A stretch of DNA of 64,000 nucleotides. Source: a bacterium. Lineage in GTDB: Bacteria; Electryoneota; AABM5-125-24; Hatepunaeales; Hatepunaeaceae. Location: assembly GCA_025774605.1 (NCBI GenBank), contig JALGVR010000002.1, forward strand, positions 2,522-66,521. The letters are read 5' to 3'. A program made the translations under genes and the position numbers. The notes below the pieces were generated by a model, which was not told the DNA's origin, did no database searches, and saw nothing but the letters and a program-made list of their open reading frames with translations. Of the stretch, positions 1-10,144 are shown piece by piece; position 1 is the stretch's first letter; the number at the start of each line of letters is the position of its first letter.

Positions 1-1009
1 CCGACGGCGTCAGGTCCACGTTCCCGGCGATGATGCCGGTAATCTCCTCATCCGGAATTACGCCTGTCTCATGGGTGTCGACCATGATCGAAACCGGCTC
101 TGCGATGCCGATCGCGTAAGCCACCTGGATCGAACACTGCTCCGCCAGACCGGCCGACACAATGTTGCGCGCCACGTGCCTGGCGGCGTATGCCGCCGAA
201 CGATCGACCTTCGTCGGATCCTTGCCGGAGAAACAGCCGCCGCCGTGCTTGGCGAAACCTCCATAGGTGTCAACGATGATCTTGCGTCCCGTCATGCCCG
301 TATCGGCGTGAGGTCCGCCGAGCACAAACCGTCCCGTGGGATTGATGTGGACCACCAGCTTCTCCCGGTTCAGCATCTCCGGTGGAATAGTCTCATAGAC
401 AACATTTTCCAAAAGATCTTCACGAAGACGTTCGTAATTCACATCGGGATCATGTTGCGTGGAGACCACCACAGTTTCAACGCCCACCGGCTTGTTGTCC
501 ACATAACGCACCGAGACCTGCGTTTTCCCGTCAGGTCGGAGGTACGGATGCGAACCGTTCTTGCGAAGCTGAGCCAGTTTTTTCGCCATCGTGTGCGCCA
601 GTTGGATCGGCATCGGCATCAGTTCCGGCGTCTCGTTGGTTGCATAACCGACCATCATCCCCTGATCGCCGGCTCCGGCTTTATCAACGCCCATGGCTAT
701 ATCCATGGATTGACGGTTTATGGTGGTCAACACCGCACATGTCTCGTAGTCGAAGCCATACGAAGCATGAACATACCCGATATCCTTAATCACTTTGCGC
801 ACCAGATCGGGAATATCAATGTAGGTTGTTGTGGTTATCTCTCCACCGACCAAAGCCATTCCGGTGGTCAGAAAGGTTTCACAAGCCACACGACCGAATG
901 GGTCTTCCGCAAGAACAGCGTCAAGCAACGTGTCCGATATCTGATCAGCTATTTTGTCGGGATGACCTTCGGTGACGGATTCGGAAGTAAAAATGAATTC
1001 TTTCTGCAT
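1..1009 (-). CDS. metK: S-adenosylmethionine synthetase, C-terminus beyond window edge
   Basis: Manual minus-strand translation from the ATG at 1009..1007 gives [26 protein letters not shown]... with the MetK GHPDK motif. It stays open to position 1 and is absent from the ORF track only because it runs off the edge. The plus-strand ORF 71..1057 is its antisense shadow. Confidence 0.9.
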   Translation of the reverse strand, partial: MQKEFIFTSESVTEGHPDKIADQISDTLLDAVLAEDPFGRVACETFLTTGMALVGGEITTTTYIDIPDLVRKVIKDIGYVHASYGFDYETCAVLTTINRQSMDIAMGVDKAGAGDQGMMVGYATNETPELMPMPIQLAHTMAKKLAQLRKNGSHPYLRPDGKTQVSVRYVDNKPVGVETVVVSTQHDPDVNYERLREDLLENVVYETIPPEMLNREKLVVHINPTGRFVLGGPHADTGMTGRKIIVDTYGGFAKHGGGCFSGKDPTKVDRSAAYAARHVARNIVSAGLAEQCSIQVAYAIGIAEPVSIMVDTHETGVIPDEEITGIIAGNVDLTPS

Positions 1010-1046
1010 TTAAGTACCTGTATTTATTTATGTTGTAAAATAATTG

Positions 1047-2024
1047 CTAAAGAATAACCTGAGTCGAGCTGCCGAGATTGAGTGACCGGAAACTCCCTTT
1101 AACGTCGACCCGATCGCTGATGATCGTATCCTCCAGCAGTGAATTATCGATCTTGACCCTGTTTCCGATGATGCTGTTCCTTACGATGCTGTCCCTGATC
1201 ACCGTATCCTTGCCTATGGATACGTAGGGACCGATGATTGACCGTTCAATTGACGCCCCCTCACCGACCGCAACCGGCTCAATCAACATCCCATCCTTCA
1301 GATCGGGCGCCGATGATTTGATCGACCGGTGATCAAAAAGGTACCTGTTGGTCTCAAGCAGGGTTTCAGGACGTCCACAATCATACCAGCCCTCGATTGG
1401 AATTATCTCGAAAGGTTCACCCCAGTCGATCAGCAGCTGCAGGGCATCGGTGATCTGGAACTCTCCCTTCACGGTCACGTCCTTCTCGATAATCTGTCCT
1501 ATCGCCTTCCCCAACAAGGAACCGTCCCGAATATAATATACACCGACGATCGCCAAATTCGACGGTGGATCCTGTGGTTTTTCGATCAACCTTGTAACCC
1601 GCCCGTCTTCAACCACAACAACCCCCATCTTGCGGGGATCGGCCACTTCCTTCACGCCTATGGTGGTGATCTTCCTCTCAATAACCGGTGCAAGATCGGT
1701 ATCCAGGATGGTATCTCCGAGGATAATGAGCAATTCCTTGTCGTCCGGTTCCAGACCGGTCAACACCGCGTGTCCCAGTCCGAGCACATTTTCCTGGACA
1801 GGAAAATCAACCTCTATATCGTAGTTATTCCTGATATATCTTTCAATCTGATCACCAAGATGACTGATTATAATGGACACCTTATCGCCGCCCCAGCCGA
1901 CGACCTGGTCCATGATATGCCCGATGATCGGCTTGCCCGCCACGGGAAGCAAAGCCTTCGGCGTCGTGTACGTATGTGGTCTCAGTCGGCTGCCAAGCCC
2001 TGCTGCAGGGATTATAACCTTCAT
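1047..2024 (-). CDS. sugar-phosphate nucleotidyltransferase (N-terminal NTP-transferase fold, C-terminal left-handed beta-helix hexapeptide repeats)
   Basis: N-terminus MKVIIPAAGLGSRLRP...PKALLPV is typical of glucose/mannose-1-phosphate nucleotidyltransferases. The C-terminal third is rich in I/V-G-x-x hexapeptide repeats. 325 aa. Confidence 0.7.
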   Translation of the reverse strand: MKVIIPAAGLGSRLRPHTYTTPKALLPVAGKPIIGHIMDQVVGWGGDKVSIIISHLGDQIERYIRNNYDIEVDFPVQENVLGLGHAVLTGLEPDDKELLIILGDTILDTDLAPVIERKITTIGVKEVADPRKMGVVVVEDGRVTRLIEKPQDPPSNLAIVGVYYIRDGSLLGKAIGQIIEKDVTVKGEFQITDALQLLIDWGEPFEIIPIEGWYDCGRPETLLETNRYLFDHRSIKSSAPDLKDGMLIEPVAVGEGASIERSIIGPYVSIGKDTVIRDSIVRNSIIGNRVKIDNSLLEDTIISDRVDVKGSFRSLNLGSSTQVIL

Positions 2025-2089
2025 TCCATTTCCTTTACGCCGGTACTTATGTACATTTGAACATCTCTCACCTGAGCAATCTTAAACCG

Positions 2090-3211
2090 TTACTCTGAAA
2101 ATTCTTTAGGTTCTTTAACCGGTTTTGCATCGATTTTCCCGGTCTCTTTCAAATCCTCGATGACCTTGATCGGCGCGGGATCAATACCCTTCAATCCCGC
2201 CAGGAATAAACTGACCAGATCCGCTATCAGCAGTCGCGACAGTGTCATTTCAAACTGGTCGTCCCCCGCCGCCGGAAAGGACAGGCAGGCGAAACCCAAT
2301 TCAGAAAAGAACTGCTGGGTCTTGTTCATGGCTTCACGCAGCATCGGTGCATCGCCGTTGGCGTCCGACATGAAGATCAACATCCACTGATCCGGGGAAG
2401 CGCCGGCAATACCCTGAACAACGTTGTGCATCGCCTCCGGAACCTGTTGCATGAACACCGGAAGCTTGGCGTTCTCACTGATCTGGGCGGCGAACCTCCC
2501 GGCGGCTCCCGTGCATTGGAGCGAGTGAAATATAACCGTGTTCTTGTCCTTGATTGCTTGAGCAATCGGCAGCGCGGCGCGAACCAGTATATGTTTCCGC
2601 ACGGCATCCTGCTCGAGGCTGGCTTTCAGCCTCCGCGCCGCTTTCACCAACCTGTTCTGAGCGTCCTCCGTAACAATACGCCATCTCTCCATGACGGCCA
2701 GCGCAAGCGACAACGACCAGCCAATCGCCGCGCGGGGTTGATAACCGGCGGGGATTCGCCAGACCGGGATCGACCATTCCTCACCCAGGCGTGCCAGATC
2801 ACCGTTTGACGTTAAAAATACCACCGTTCGCAGACCACCGGTTACACGATGGGCGAGTTCGATGATCTCACGAGTATTTCCGGAATAGCTGGATACAATG
2901 ACACCCTTCTTGTCGCGCGGAGGATTGGTGCCCCTGTGCAGGGAGATAAACCTGCGCGGTGCGAGTATATCGTTCAGCAACTCGCCGGCGATTGCCGAGC
3001 CACCCAGACCAACCAGGTGAATCATGGTGCGGTCGAGAGGCAGGTCACCCTCATCGAAGCTTCTGGCCGCCTCAACGCCCAATAAAATTTGTTCCGGCAT
3101 CTGGAAAGCGTGTTCGAGCAACTCACTCTTATCGAGCTTCTTGAGCTTCCTTATCAATGCTGTTACATCTTTCTGGGCGGCAAGTTCAGGTTTCCCGCTG
3201 TTGATGGTCAA
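2090..3211 (-). CDS. SIS-domain sugar isomerase, bifunctional phosphoglucose/phosphomannose isomerase-like
   Basis: 373 aa with two SIS-like segments (HLVGLGGSAIAGELL..., ...VVFLTSNGD...). It is co-oriented and adjacent to the nucleotidyltransferase, which fits a GDP-sugar supply pair. Confidence 0.45.
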   Translation of the reverse strand: MTINSGKPELAAQKDVTALIRKLKKLDKSELLEHAFQMPEQILLGVEAARSFDEGDLPLDRTMIHLVGLGGSAIAGELLNDILAPRRFISLHRGTNPPRDKKGVIVSSYSGNTREIIELAHRVTGGLRTVVFLTSNGDLARLGEEWSIPVWRIPAGYQPRAAIGWSLSLALAVMERWRIVTEDAQNRLVKAARRLKASLEQDAVRKHILVRAALPIAQAIKDKNTVIFHSLQCTGAAGRFAAQISENAKLPVFMQQVPEAMHNVVQGIAGASPDQWMLIFMSDANGDAPMLREAMNKTQQFFSELGFACLSFPAAGDDQFEMTLSRLLIADLVSLFLAGLKGIDPAPIKVIEDLKETGKIDAKPVKEPKEFSE

Positions 3212-4125
3212 CTCCTCTCCTCGATGTAGGTTATGGCTTGAACACCGGATCCCGACACCTCAGACGCAATCCGATCCAGCGTTTCAACGTCAATCGGTGA
3301 TATCGAACCAACCTGATAATCCAACGAATATAGCTGCACGGCATCCGGTTTTATATACTCAACCGCCTTGATCCAGTTCCGATATGCACGACCGCGGACG
3401 TTGGTCGGATCACCGTCAAACAAGACCGACTGCAGAGTCAGCTTCTTCCCCGCCGATATCTCGCGTAAACGCTCGATCAGCTCCTCCACCCTGATCCGGG
3501 GAATCAGCGGCCGGTTTATCCGTTTGAAGCCCGTCTGATCGCCGGCATCCAGCTTGAGAATGGGAAAATCGATCCAGTCAAACGAGGTCGTAACCTTCGC
3601 GTCGGTTACGGTTGAAGCGTTGGTCAGCAGTGCAATTCGCAATCCCGGTCTTATTTCATCGACCAATCCCCTCACTCCCCGCACTATCGCGGGAAAATCC
3701 GGGTGAACGGTTGATTCACCGTTGCCGGAAAAGGTCAACCAGTCGGCTTCAACGTCGGAAGTCAAAGCCTCCGACACCGCCGATAGAACGCTATCCACCG
3801 GTGGGAACTCCTCAGCCCGCGGTGGAGCGAAGGTCTTGCCGTAGAAACAATAGACGCAATTATAATCACATAATTTGCGTTTTGTACCGGATAGATTTAT
3901 TCCCAGGGATTTCCCCAACCGCTTTGATGCGATGGGTCCGTAGGTAAGTCCTGGTTGAAGAGGCACGGGATAGCGCCGTCCTGCTTCTGATGGATTCCTC
4001 AACCGCGTCAAAAAGGTATCCTCTCTGTTCCCACCCGGGTTATTACATGGAGGGAAAGCTGCACTGCTTGCCGATCCTTGCCGGTTGGTCGATCTGTCCA
4101 GCCTTGTCCCCGCCAGAGCGGGCAT
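3208..4125 (-). CDS. radical SAM protein
   Basis: CX3CX2C cluster CDYNCVYC preceded by YGPIASKRLGKSLGINL, a common radical-SAM N-terminal signature. The true start may lie downstream of the first ATG (non-ATG start possible). 4-nt overlap with the preceding gene. Confidence 0.65.
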   Translation of the reverse strand: MPALAGTRLDRSTNRQGSASSAAFPPCNNPGGNREDTFLTRLRNPSEAGRRYPVPLQPGLTYGPIASKRLGKSLGINLSGTKRKLCDYNCVYCFYGKTFAPPRAEEFPPVDSVLSAVSEALTSDVEADWLTFSGNGESTVHPDFPAIVRGVRGLVDEIRPGLRIALLTNASTVTDAKVTTSFDWIDFPILKLDAGDQTGFKRINRPLIPRIRVEELIERLREISAGKKLTLQSVLFDGDPTNVRGRAYRNWIKAVEYIKPDAVQLYSLDYQVGSISPIDVETLDRIASEVSGSGVQAITYIEERS

Positions 4126-4157
4126 TGACGGACAGGTTAACAGTTACACAACTCCTG

Positions 4158-5735
4158 CTATTTGAGATACTTGACCGGCATCTCTTCAGCGCCGGCCGAA
4201 TGAGTCAGCCTGATAAAATACGTCCCGGCGGACAATCCGGAAGGCGACCAGCCAAACCTGCGTGTTCCAGCGGATAGATCCCCTCGAAAAAGAACACCCG
4301 TCACCCGTCCGTTGATGTCAAAGACCTCGAGCGCGATTCTGGTGGCATACTTGAGCCTTACAGTAATCTCAAGCGATTCGTTGAACGGATTGGGATAACA
4401 GGACAGCAGCAGGTAATTGTCCGGTCCGGCAGTATCACCTCTGACCTCGCGGGGGGATTCTCCGGTTCCGGTCAGGTGCAACCATGTGTATCCAACTGGA
4501 TAGGGTATCTCAAGCGTGTCAGCCAGCTCGATCCGTGTGGTGGTAACAATCATCAGCGAATCCACGTATTCCGTCTCCTCGCCCGGCGCAAAGGTTACCT
4601 CCAGTTCGGCTTCCGCCCCGCCTTCAAGCGTTATCAGCGTATCTGAAAAACTGAAGGGCGACTCGATAACGGCGAGCAGACCGGCCGTAACCTGATCCTG
4701 GTTGGGGTTTGTCAGGGTGATCGTGAGCGTGCTGTCATCACCGGTCTCCACAGCCCCGAATTCGACACTGTCCGGATCCACGACCACCGTCGCCATATCG
4801 GGCCCCTGCAGCGTTGAATAGCAGCCGATATCCGCCCGGGAGCCGTCGAAATCCGCCAGACCGTTCGGATCCCCCGCGTCGATACAGGGTGAATCCTCTG
4901 TCAGGTAATAGACATCGTTCTCTTCATCGACGAACAGCGGGTCTTCGGAGATCGCCCCCTCTCCCGGCGCAACACCGCTGTAATCACCTCCCTCATTATC
5001 CCAGACGTCGTTGTAACCGGCGCTGACCCGCGCACCGACAAGTCGGGGCGCGAACAACGCACCACCCTGTCCACTCTGATTATGGACTACTATATTGTTG
5101 GTGAACTGGACGAGGGCTCCCAGAAAATTGAAATACAGCGCCGCCCCTTGTGAACCGCTTTCATTAGCGACAAACGTGTTGTTCATCACAATCGCACTGC
5201 CGCCGGTTCCGACGTTGATCGCACCTCCCTGACCGTCCGAATTATTGCGCAGAAACAGGTTGCGGTAAAGCACGGGCGCGCCCAGGGCGCTGGAATACAC
5301 GGCGCCGCCGTCATCAGCGTCGTTGCCGGTAATGATGTTCATGGCAATCACGGGGGTCGCCGGCTGTATGCCCTCCCCGGCGACAATCACGGCCCCGCCG
5401 CGGTTCCCATCACCTGATCCGCCGGTCAGTGTAAAACCGCCGATTATACTGCCGAGTCCCTCCGCAGATGTAAAGCGAACGCAGGGACCATCCCCTCCAC
5501 CATCGATCGTTGTCACCAGAGGACCGCCGATACCGAAGACGAGAACCGCCTTCCCGTCGAAATCGATGTTCTCCTGGTATTCGCCCGGCAGCACCAGCAT
5601 AAAGTCACCGCTGTCAGCTGCCGCGTCAATGCCCTCCTGGATGGTTTCGTACTGGGTCGGCACAACCAGTATCTCCGCACCGGCAACCGTAAACAGGCAT
5701 ACCGTTATCAAACCCAACTGGAACAATCGCATCAT
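4158..5735 (-). CDS. secreted right-handed beta-helix repeat protein with T9SS C-terminal sorting domain
   Basis: N-terminal signal peptide MMRLFQLGLITVCLFTVAGA. Gly/Asn-rich parallel beta-helix-like repeats (GGAV, NNTFVAN, NNIVVHN). C-terminus LLSCYPNPFNESLEITV...YFIRL is a type-A T9SS sorting domain. Confidence 0.75.
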   Translation of the reverse strand: MMRLFQLGLITVCLFTVAGAEILVVPTQYETIQEGIDAAADSGDFMLVLPGEYQENIDFDGKAVLVFGIGGPLVTTIDGGGDGPCVRFTSAEGLGSIIGGFTLTGGSGDGNRGGAVIVAGEGIQPATPVIAMNIITGNDADDGGAVYSSALGAPVLYRNLFLRNNSDGQGGAINVGTGGSAIVMNNTFVANESGSQGAALYFNFLGALVQFTNNIVVHNQSGQGGALFAPRLVGARVSAGYNDVWDNEGGDYSGVAPGEGAISEDPLFVDEENDVYYLTEDSPCIDAGDPNGLADFDGSRADIGCYSTLQGPDMATVVVDPDSVEFGAVETGDDSTLTITLTNPNQDQVTAGLLAVIESPFSFSDTLITLEGGAEAELEVTFAPGEETEYVDSLMIVTTTRIELADTLEIPYPVGYTWLHLTGTGESPREVRGDTAGPDNYLLLSCYPNPFNESLEITVRLKYATRIALEVFDINGRVTGVLFRGDLSAGTRRFGWSPSGLSAGTYFIRLTHSAGAEEMPVKYLK

Positions 5736-5748
5736 TTACCTTTGGAAT

Positions 5749-7401
5749 TTACCGGGAAAGAACAATCGGGTGAATCTCGCTCCGCCGGGAGGTTTCAACC
5801 CGAATCAGGTACCTGCCGCTTGAAATATCCGACGGTGTCCAACTGAAGCAGTGACCGCCAGCTCGGGTCAAGCCGTCATGCAATATGGAAATCAAACGAC
5901 CCTCAAGATCGTAAATCGAAATACCCAGGTAACCAGCACGGTCAAGTTGAATATCAATACTGAGTGAACTGTTGAACGGGTTGGGATACAGCCTGACCAG
6001 CCGAAAGTTGTCCGCGGTTACTTCCTCGTCAGCGATTCCGGCTGGAACAAGATAATTGCTGAAGGTTGACCAGGCGTCTCGCTCGAGCGCGCCGTCACTG
6101 GCGCTGACCGTCCAGGAAAAGTAACCGCCCGCGTTAAGATCAAGTACATCTCCCAGGACCATCGTGGAGAGGGTTGTGTCCACCAGGTCTTCCCAGGTGA
6201 CCGCGTCGCCGCCGTCCGGTGTGATTATCAGGCTGTAGCGAACCGTGTCGCCGTCCACATCCGTTGATCTCTGCCAGACGAACAGGCTGTCAGATTCGGT
6301 CGGATGAATCATTTCACCGTCAGCAGGCAGCAACAGGTCAAACGGCAATGGCGCATCCGGAGTCGGGTTGACCGTAACCCGGAACGTGTCGGCAAGATCG
6401 GCGAAATTGGTATCCTCGACCGCGGCGGCGAGGATCACCTCGGAGATGCCATTCCAGTCGGCGCGGGGTCGAAGGAAAAATTCACCATTCCTGGCGATGC
6501 GCGGGACAAGCCCTGCGACTGACGGAAATCCGTATTCAACACCGCCTCTGAAGGAACAGATGAAGACCGTATCGAGGTCGGCGACCAGCATTTCCTCATC
6601 GTCTTCATTCATTTCCAGATCAGGAATCGGAGACCCCAGCCGGAATACATGTGACACTTCGGCAGCGACCCTGAAATACAGCTCGCGCGGATCCCATGCA
6701 TTGGACTCGGATGTTATGGTCGCCACTTGATAACCGACCTCCTCACCGTCGATGGTGATGGTCACCTGCCGACTTGTGTTGTTGTTCAGGTTGAATTCCG
6801 TCGGATCAACGGTAAAATGTCCGTTATTACAGGGAAGGTCTTCAACCTCCAGCGTGGCGCCGCCCCAGCGGTTGATGATCGTGACGTTAAACGAGTACTC
6901 CTGCCCCCAGAATATGCCATCCTCGAAGATCGCGTTCATATCGATCAGGTTCCAACCGCCGCCCCAGGCTTCGGGCCAGGCAACTTCTATGCGGGGAAAT
7001 CCGACCGTGTGACCAGCTACAGGGACGGTATATTCACGCCGGGCCGGATCGTTGGAGGTGAAGTTCAGAAACGCGTAGACGTGATCCTCCTCGAGGTCAC
7101 GACCGTCGATTCTGGTAACCACGATATTCCGCTGACCGGGTCTGACCGTGCCTCCGGTGGGCCAGGCGATGATCCAGTCCTCGACCTCCGCCTCCAAATT
7201 GAGTCCCCACTCGAGATCCTCATCGCCGGAATTGTCTATAACAAGTGTATCCTGATGCACCCGCTGATCCACTCGATGCTCAATGTTTCGCGGATGAATT
7301 GCAAAATCGGGAACTGCCAACAGATCGGTTGGAAGAGTCAAGACCAGAATCGCCATCACCGTATGGACGAGGACTATTTTATTCGGGCGATTTTCGTACA
7401 T
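5749..7401 (-). CDS. secreted protein with T9SS C-terminal sorting domain
   Basis: Hydrophobic N-terminal signal. C-terminus VRLYPNPFNSSLSIDIQL...YLIRVE is the T9SS sorting-domain consensus. No other domain recognised. Confidence 0.7.
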   Translation of the reverse strand: MYENRPNKIVLVHTVMAILVLTLPTDLLAVPDFAIHPRNIEHRVDQRVHQDTLVIDNSGDEDLEWGLNLEAEVEDWIIAWPTGGTVRPGQRNIVVTRIDGRDLEEDHVYAFLNFTSNDPARREYTVPVAGHTVGFPRIEVAWPEAWGGGWNLIDMNAIFEDGIFWGQEYSFNVTIINRWGGATLEVEDLPCNNGHFTVDPTEFNLNNNTSRQVTITIDGEEVGYQVATITSESNAWDPRELYFRVAAEVSHVFRLGSPIPDLEMNEDDEEMLVADLDTVFICSFRGGVEYGFPSVAGLVPRIARNGEFFLRPRADWNGISEVILAAAVEDTNFADLADTFRVTVNPTPDAPLPFDLLLPADGEMIHPTESDSLFVWQRSTDVDGDTVRYSLIITPDGGDAVTWEDLVDTTLSTMVLGDVLDLNAGGYFSWTVSASDGALERDAWSTFSNYLVPAGIADEEVTADNFRLVRLYPNPFNSSLSIDIQLDRAGYLGISIYDLEGRLISILHDGLTRAGGHCFSWTPSDISSGRYLIRVETSRRSEIHPIVLSR

Positions 7402-7478
7402 TTTACATCACCCTTCGAAATTAAGGTTGAAACTGACGTCATTCCGTCCTTATTGAAAACCGACAGTACGTTCCAAGC

Positions 7479-8321
7479 TTAAACCTTCAGACTGCCACCC
7501 TCGACAGCCAATTCGCATTTAATCTCATATCCTTTTTCAGCAATATAATCCAATGCTTCCTTTAATAAAACATCACATGCATCGTCATTCCTCTCCGGCG
7601 CGTGATGAGTGAGGACGATATGCGGCACACCAGCCTGATCGGCCAGGTCGGCGACTTCAGCGTATGTCGAGTGTCCCCATGTTCGGTGCGCCTCTATCTC
7701 AGACGGAAGAAACTGAGCGTCATGTATCAGGACATCGACACCGCGACAGAATCTCTCGATCTCGTCCACACTGTTCCCGCCCTCATATTGAAGCCCAAGT
7801 TCATTGTCGGTAATGAAAGCAACCCTTTTATTGTTATTCTCAAAGCGGAAGGCGTACCCGTTTCCGGGATGATTAAGGTTCATAGTCTCGATTTTTATAT
7901 CCTTGATAATCAAAGGTTTGGGCATCTTATCATGAAATTCGATATCGGCGCGCAGGGCATCATTGTTAACCGGGAAGTATCGGTTGTCGTTACGCTCGTA
8001 AATATCCCGCCGCAATACTTCCTGAGCCATCTGATTACCAAACACGGTAATGGAATATACCGGATCATAGGCGGGACCGAAAAACGTGAATCCCGCCAGG
8101 TGATCCCAATGCGAGTGGGTCAGGAGCAGGATTATCTGATCCGGATTCCTTCGCTTGAGGTATGAATTCCCGAGGTTGCGGACACCTGTTCCGGCATCTA
8201 CAATAATGCAGGTGCCTCCATCACTTCTGACTTCCAGACAGGTGGTGTTGCCGCCTACTCTTACCGTATCAGGTCCCGGGGCGGGGATGGAACCCCGAGT
8301 GCCCCAGAATGTTATAACCAT
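7479..8321 (-). CDS. MBL-fold metallo-hydrolase
   Basis: HxHxDH zinc-binding motif LLLTHSHWDHLAGF. 280 aa. Confidence 0.75.
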   Translation of the reverse strand: MVITFWGTRGSIPAPGPDTVRVGGNTTCLEVRSDGGTCIIVDAGTGVRNLGNSYLKRRNPDQIILLLTHSHWDHLAGFTFFGPAYDPVYSITVFGNQMAQEVLRRDIYERNDNRYFPVNNDALRADIEFHDKMPKPLIIKDIKIETMNLNHPGNGYAFRFENNNKRVAFITDNELGLQYEGGNSVDEIERFCRGVDVLIHDAQFLPSEIEAHRTWGHSTYAEVADLADQAGVPHIVLTHHAPERNDDACDVLLKEALDYIAEKGYEIKCELAVEGGSLKV

Positions 8322-8383
8322 TACCGCCTCGTTAAAGACTTGATATGCTTTATTTTAAATCCAAAATCATCAACACTCGACGA

Positions 8384-9166
8384 TCAATTGCGATCCTCCT
8401 CAATCTCGACTGCGTCGCCAATCTCCACACCCAGCAAATCAGCCGCTGAAGACTGATTCATTGAGATCTCGATATATCCACCGCTGCCCTCCAACCAGAA
8501 AAGTCCGCCCTGCGGTTGATCCGCATAGTTCCGGGCAACTGCTATACCATGCCGATTTCGTAATGAAATCCTGCCACTCAGTCCGTTGGGCAGATCTGTA
8601 ACCACATTGCCGAATCGATCAATATAAACGACCTCGCCGACCCACCCGCCGTCTTTGCGATATGGCTTCCCGGCCGGCGGAGTGTCAAGCAGTTCACCAG
8701 GTCTGCCTATCTCGCTGGAATCGTACCCGCCGGCGAGCTTTCCGGCAGCCGGCGCGAACAGATCGCGCCCTTGAAATACCGCTGATCCCGGTTTCGAGCC
8801 CACATCGCTCCAGTCAATGATCCTCGCCGAGTATTCCTCATCCATTATAACGCGTGAGAACAAGCCGTTATCCGGTCCGATAAAATATCTGTCCATGCAA
8901 TCTAACAGAACCGCCTGCCTGTCGGTGCCGACACCGGGATCGACGACCGCGACGAAGATGGCGCCGGCGGGCAGACGCCTTGAGGTTCTCTGGAGGATAT
9001 AGGCTGCTGATTTCACATCACCGGCAGGGATCCCATGCGTAATATCGAGCACTCGAACGGTGGGACACATGGCATAAAGAACAGCGTGCATTTCGCAGAC
9101 ATAACCGTCGACCAGGCCGAAATCCGTGATTAGCGCGACACAGGGCGCTCCGCCAGCCCCGGTCAT
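8384..9166 (-). CDS. SAM hydroxide adenosyltransferase family protein (DUF62)
   Basis: N-terminus VALITDFGLVDGYVCEMHAVL matches the DUF62 / SAM-dependent chlorinase-fluorinase-hydroxide adenosyltransferase family pattern. Confidence 0.65.
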   Translation of the reverse strand: MTGAGGAPCVALITDFGLVDGYVCEMHAVLYAMCPTVRVLDITHGIPAGDVKSAAYILQRTSRRLPAGAIFVAVVDPGVGTDRQAVLLDCMDRYFIGPDNGLFSRVIMDEEYSARIIDWSDVGSKPGSAVFQGRDLFAPAAGKLAGGYDSSEIGRPGELLDTPPAGKPYRKDGGWVGEVVYIDRFGNVVTDLPNGLSGRISLRNRHGIAVARNYADQPQGGLFWLEGSGGYIEISMNQSSAADLLGVEIGDAVEIEEDRN

Positions 9167-9169
9167 TGC

Positions 9170-9661
9170 CTAATCCGAACCGGAAACATCGACGGATTCT
9201 CCAGCCTCGGCCTGAACGTCGTCTTTACTTATAAATGATACGATCAGCAGCCAGACGATACCAACAGAAACAGCGGAATCAGCCACGTTAAAAACAGGCC
9301 AGCGGGTCATGATGAAATCCGGCATGTCAACACTGATGAAATCAACCACCTTTCCCATGGTCAGTCTATCGATCAGATTTCCGATCGCGCCGCCCATGAT
9401 CAGGGCAAAAGGGATTCCCCGCCAGCGCGGAATCGATGGTTGCCTATACAGGAATATACCCAAACCAACGGCTGCAGCAAAGGCGAAAATCGCCAAAAAA
9501 AACGGTGGAATTATTCTAACGCCAAATGCCGTGCCTGGATTCAGAACAAAAACAAGCCAAATCAGGTCGCCGTCGAATAAACGTATCACATCGCCGTACG
9601 GAAGATATTGCCGGGCAATAAGCTTAGTGAACTGATCCAGTACTATTATTCCCGCCGCCAA
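9170..9661 (-). CDS. lspA: lipoprotein signal peptidase II
   Basis: 163 aa with four TM segments and the conserved FNVADS motif. Lies downstream of ileS, the classical ileS-lspA arrangement. Confidence 0.8.
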   Translation of the reverse strand: MAAGIIVLDQFTKLIARQYLPYGDVIRLFDGDLIWLVFVLNPGTAFGVRIIPPFFLAIFAFAAAVGLGIFLYRQPSIPRWRGIPFALIMGGAIGNLIDRLTMGKVVDFISVDMPDFIMTRWPVFNVADSAVSVGIVWLLIVSFISKDDVQAEAGESVDVSGSD

Positions 9662-9690
9662 CAGTCCGTAGAGAATGCGGTTGCTGCGAA

Positions 9691-10125
9691 TTATTTGGGT
9701 CGTAGCTTCTCTTCCTTCAGCTTACAAGCAATACAGAGTCGTGAAGTCGGCACAAGCTCGAGGCGTTTCTTTTGAATGGGCTTGCTGCAACTATCGCAAT
9801 ATCCATAAGTTCCTTCATCGAGCATCTTAAGTGCGCGATCCAGATACTTGAGATAGCGACCTTCACGGGATGCGAGTAGAAAGATCTTCTCGCGCTCCTG
9901 GGCATCCGTTCCCTGATCCGCCATGTGAAGCGAATACGTCGAGTGGCTGCCTGAATACTCCTGAACCGTGTTCTTGGTCGCCTCCTTCAGCCTTCCCAAC
10001 TCACGCATGATCTTGTTACGACGTTCGTTAATCAGCTCCCTGAAGTATTCGGCGTCCTCTGGAGAATACAGTTCAACGTCATCTGCAGTGTCGCTCTTGG
10101 ATTTATTTCCTGCTTTGTTCACCAT
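9691..10125 (-). CDS. DksA/TraR-family C4 zinc-finger protein
   Basis: C-terminal CxxC-(17)-CxxC (CDSCSKPIQKKRLELVPTSRLCIACK). Sits between ileS and lspA, as in many bacteria. Confidence 0.7.
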   Translation of the reverse strand: MVNKAGNKSKSDTADDVELYSPEDAEYFRELINERRNKIMRELGRLKEATKNTVQEYSGSHSTYSLHMADQGTDAQEREKIFLLASREGRYLKYLDRALKMLDEGTYGYCDSCSKPIQKKRLELVPTSRLCIACKLKEEKLRPK

Positions 10126-10144
10126 CTCCCTTGTTTATCCCTTA

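Noticed and set aside
71-1057. 328-aa plus-strand ORF at the window start
   Set aside because: Arg/His-rich, low-complexity translation, fully antisense to an unmistakable metK frame on the minus strand (GHPDKIADQ motif). An antisense shadow ORF typical of high-GC DNA.
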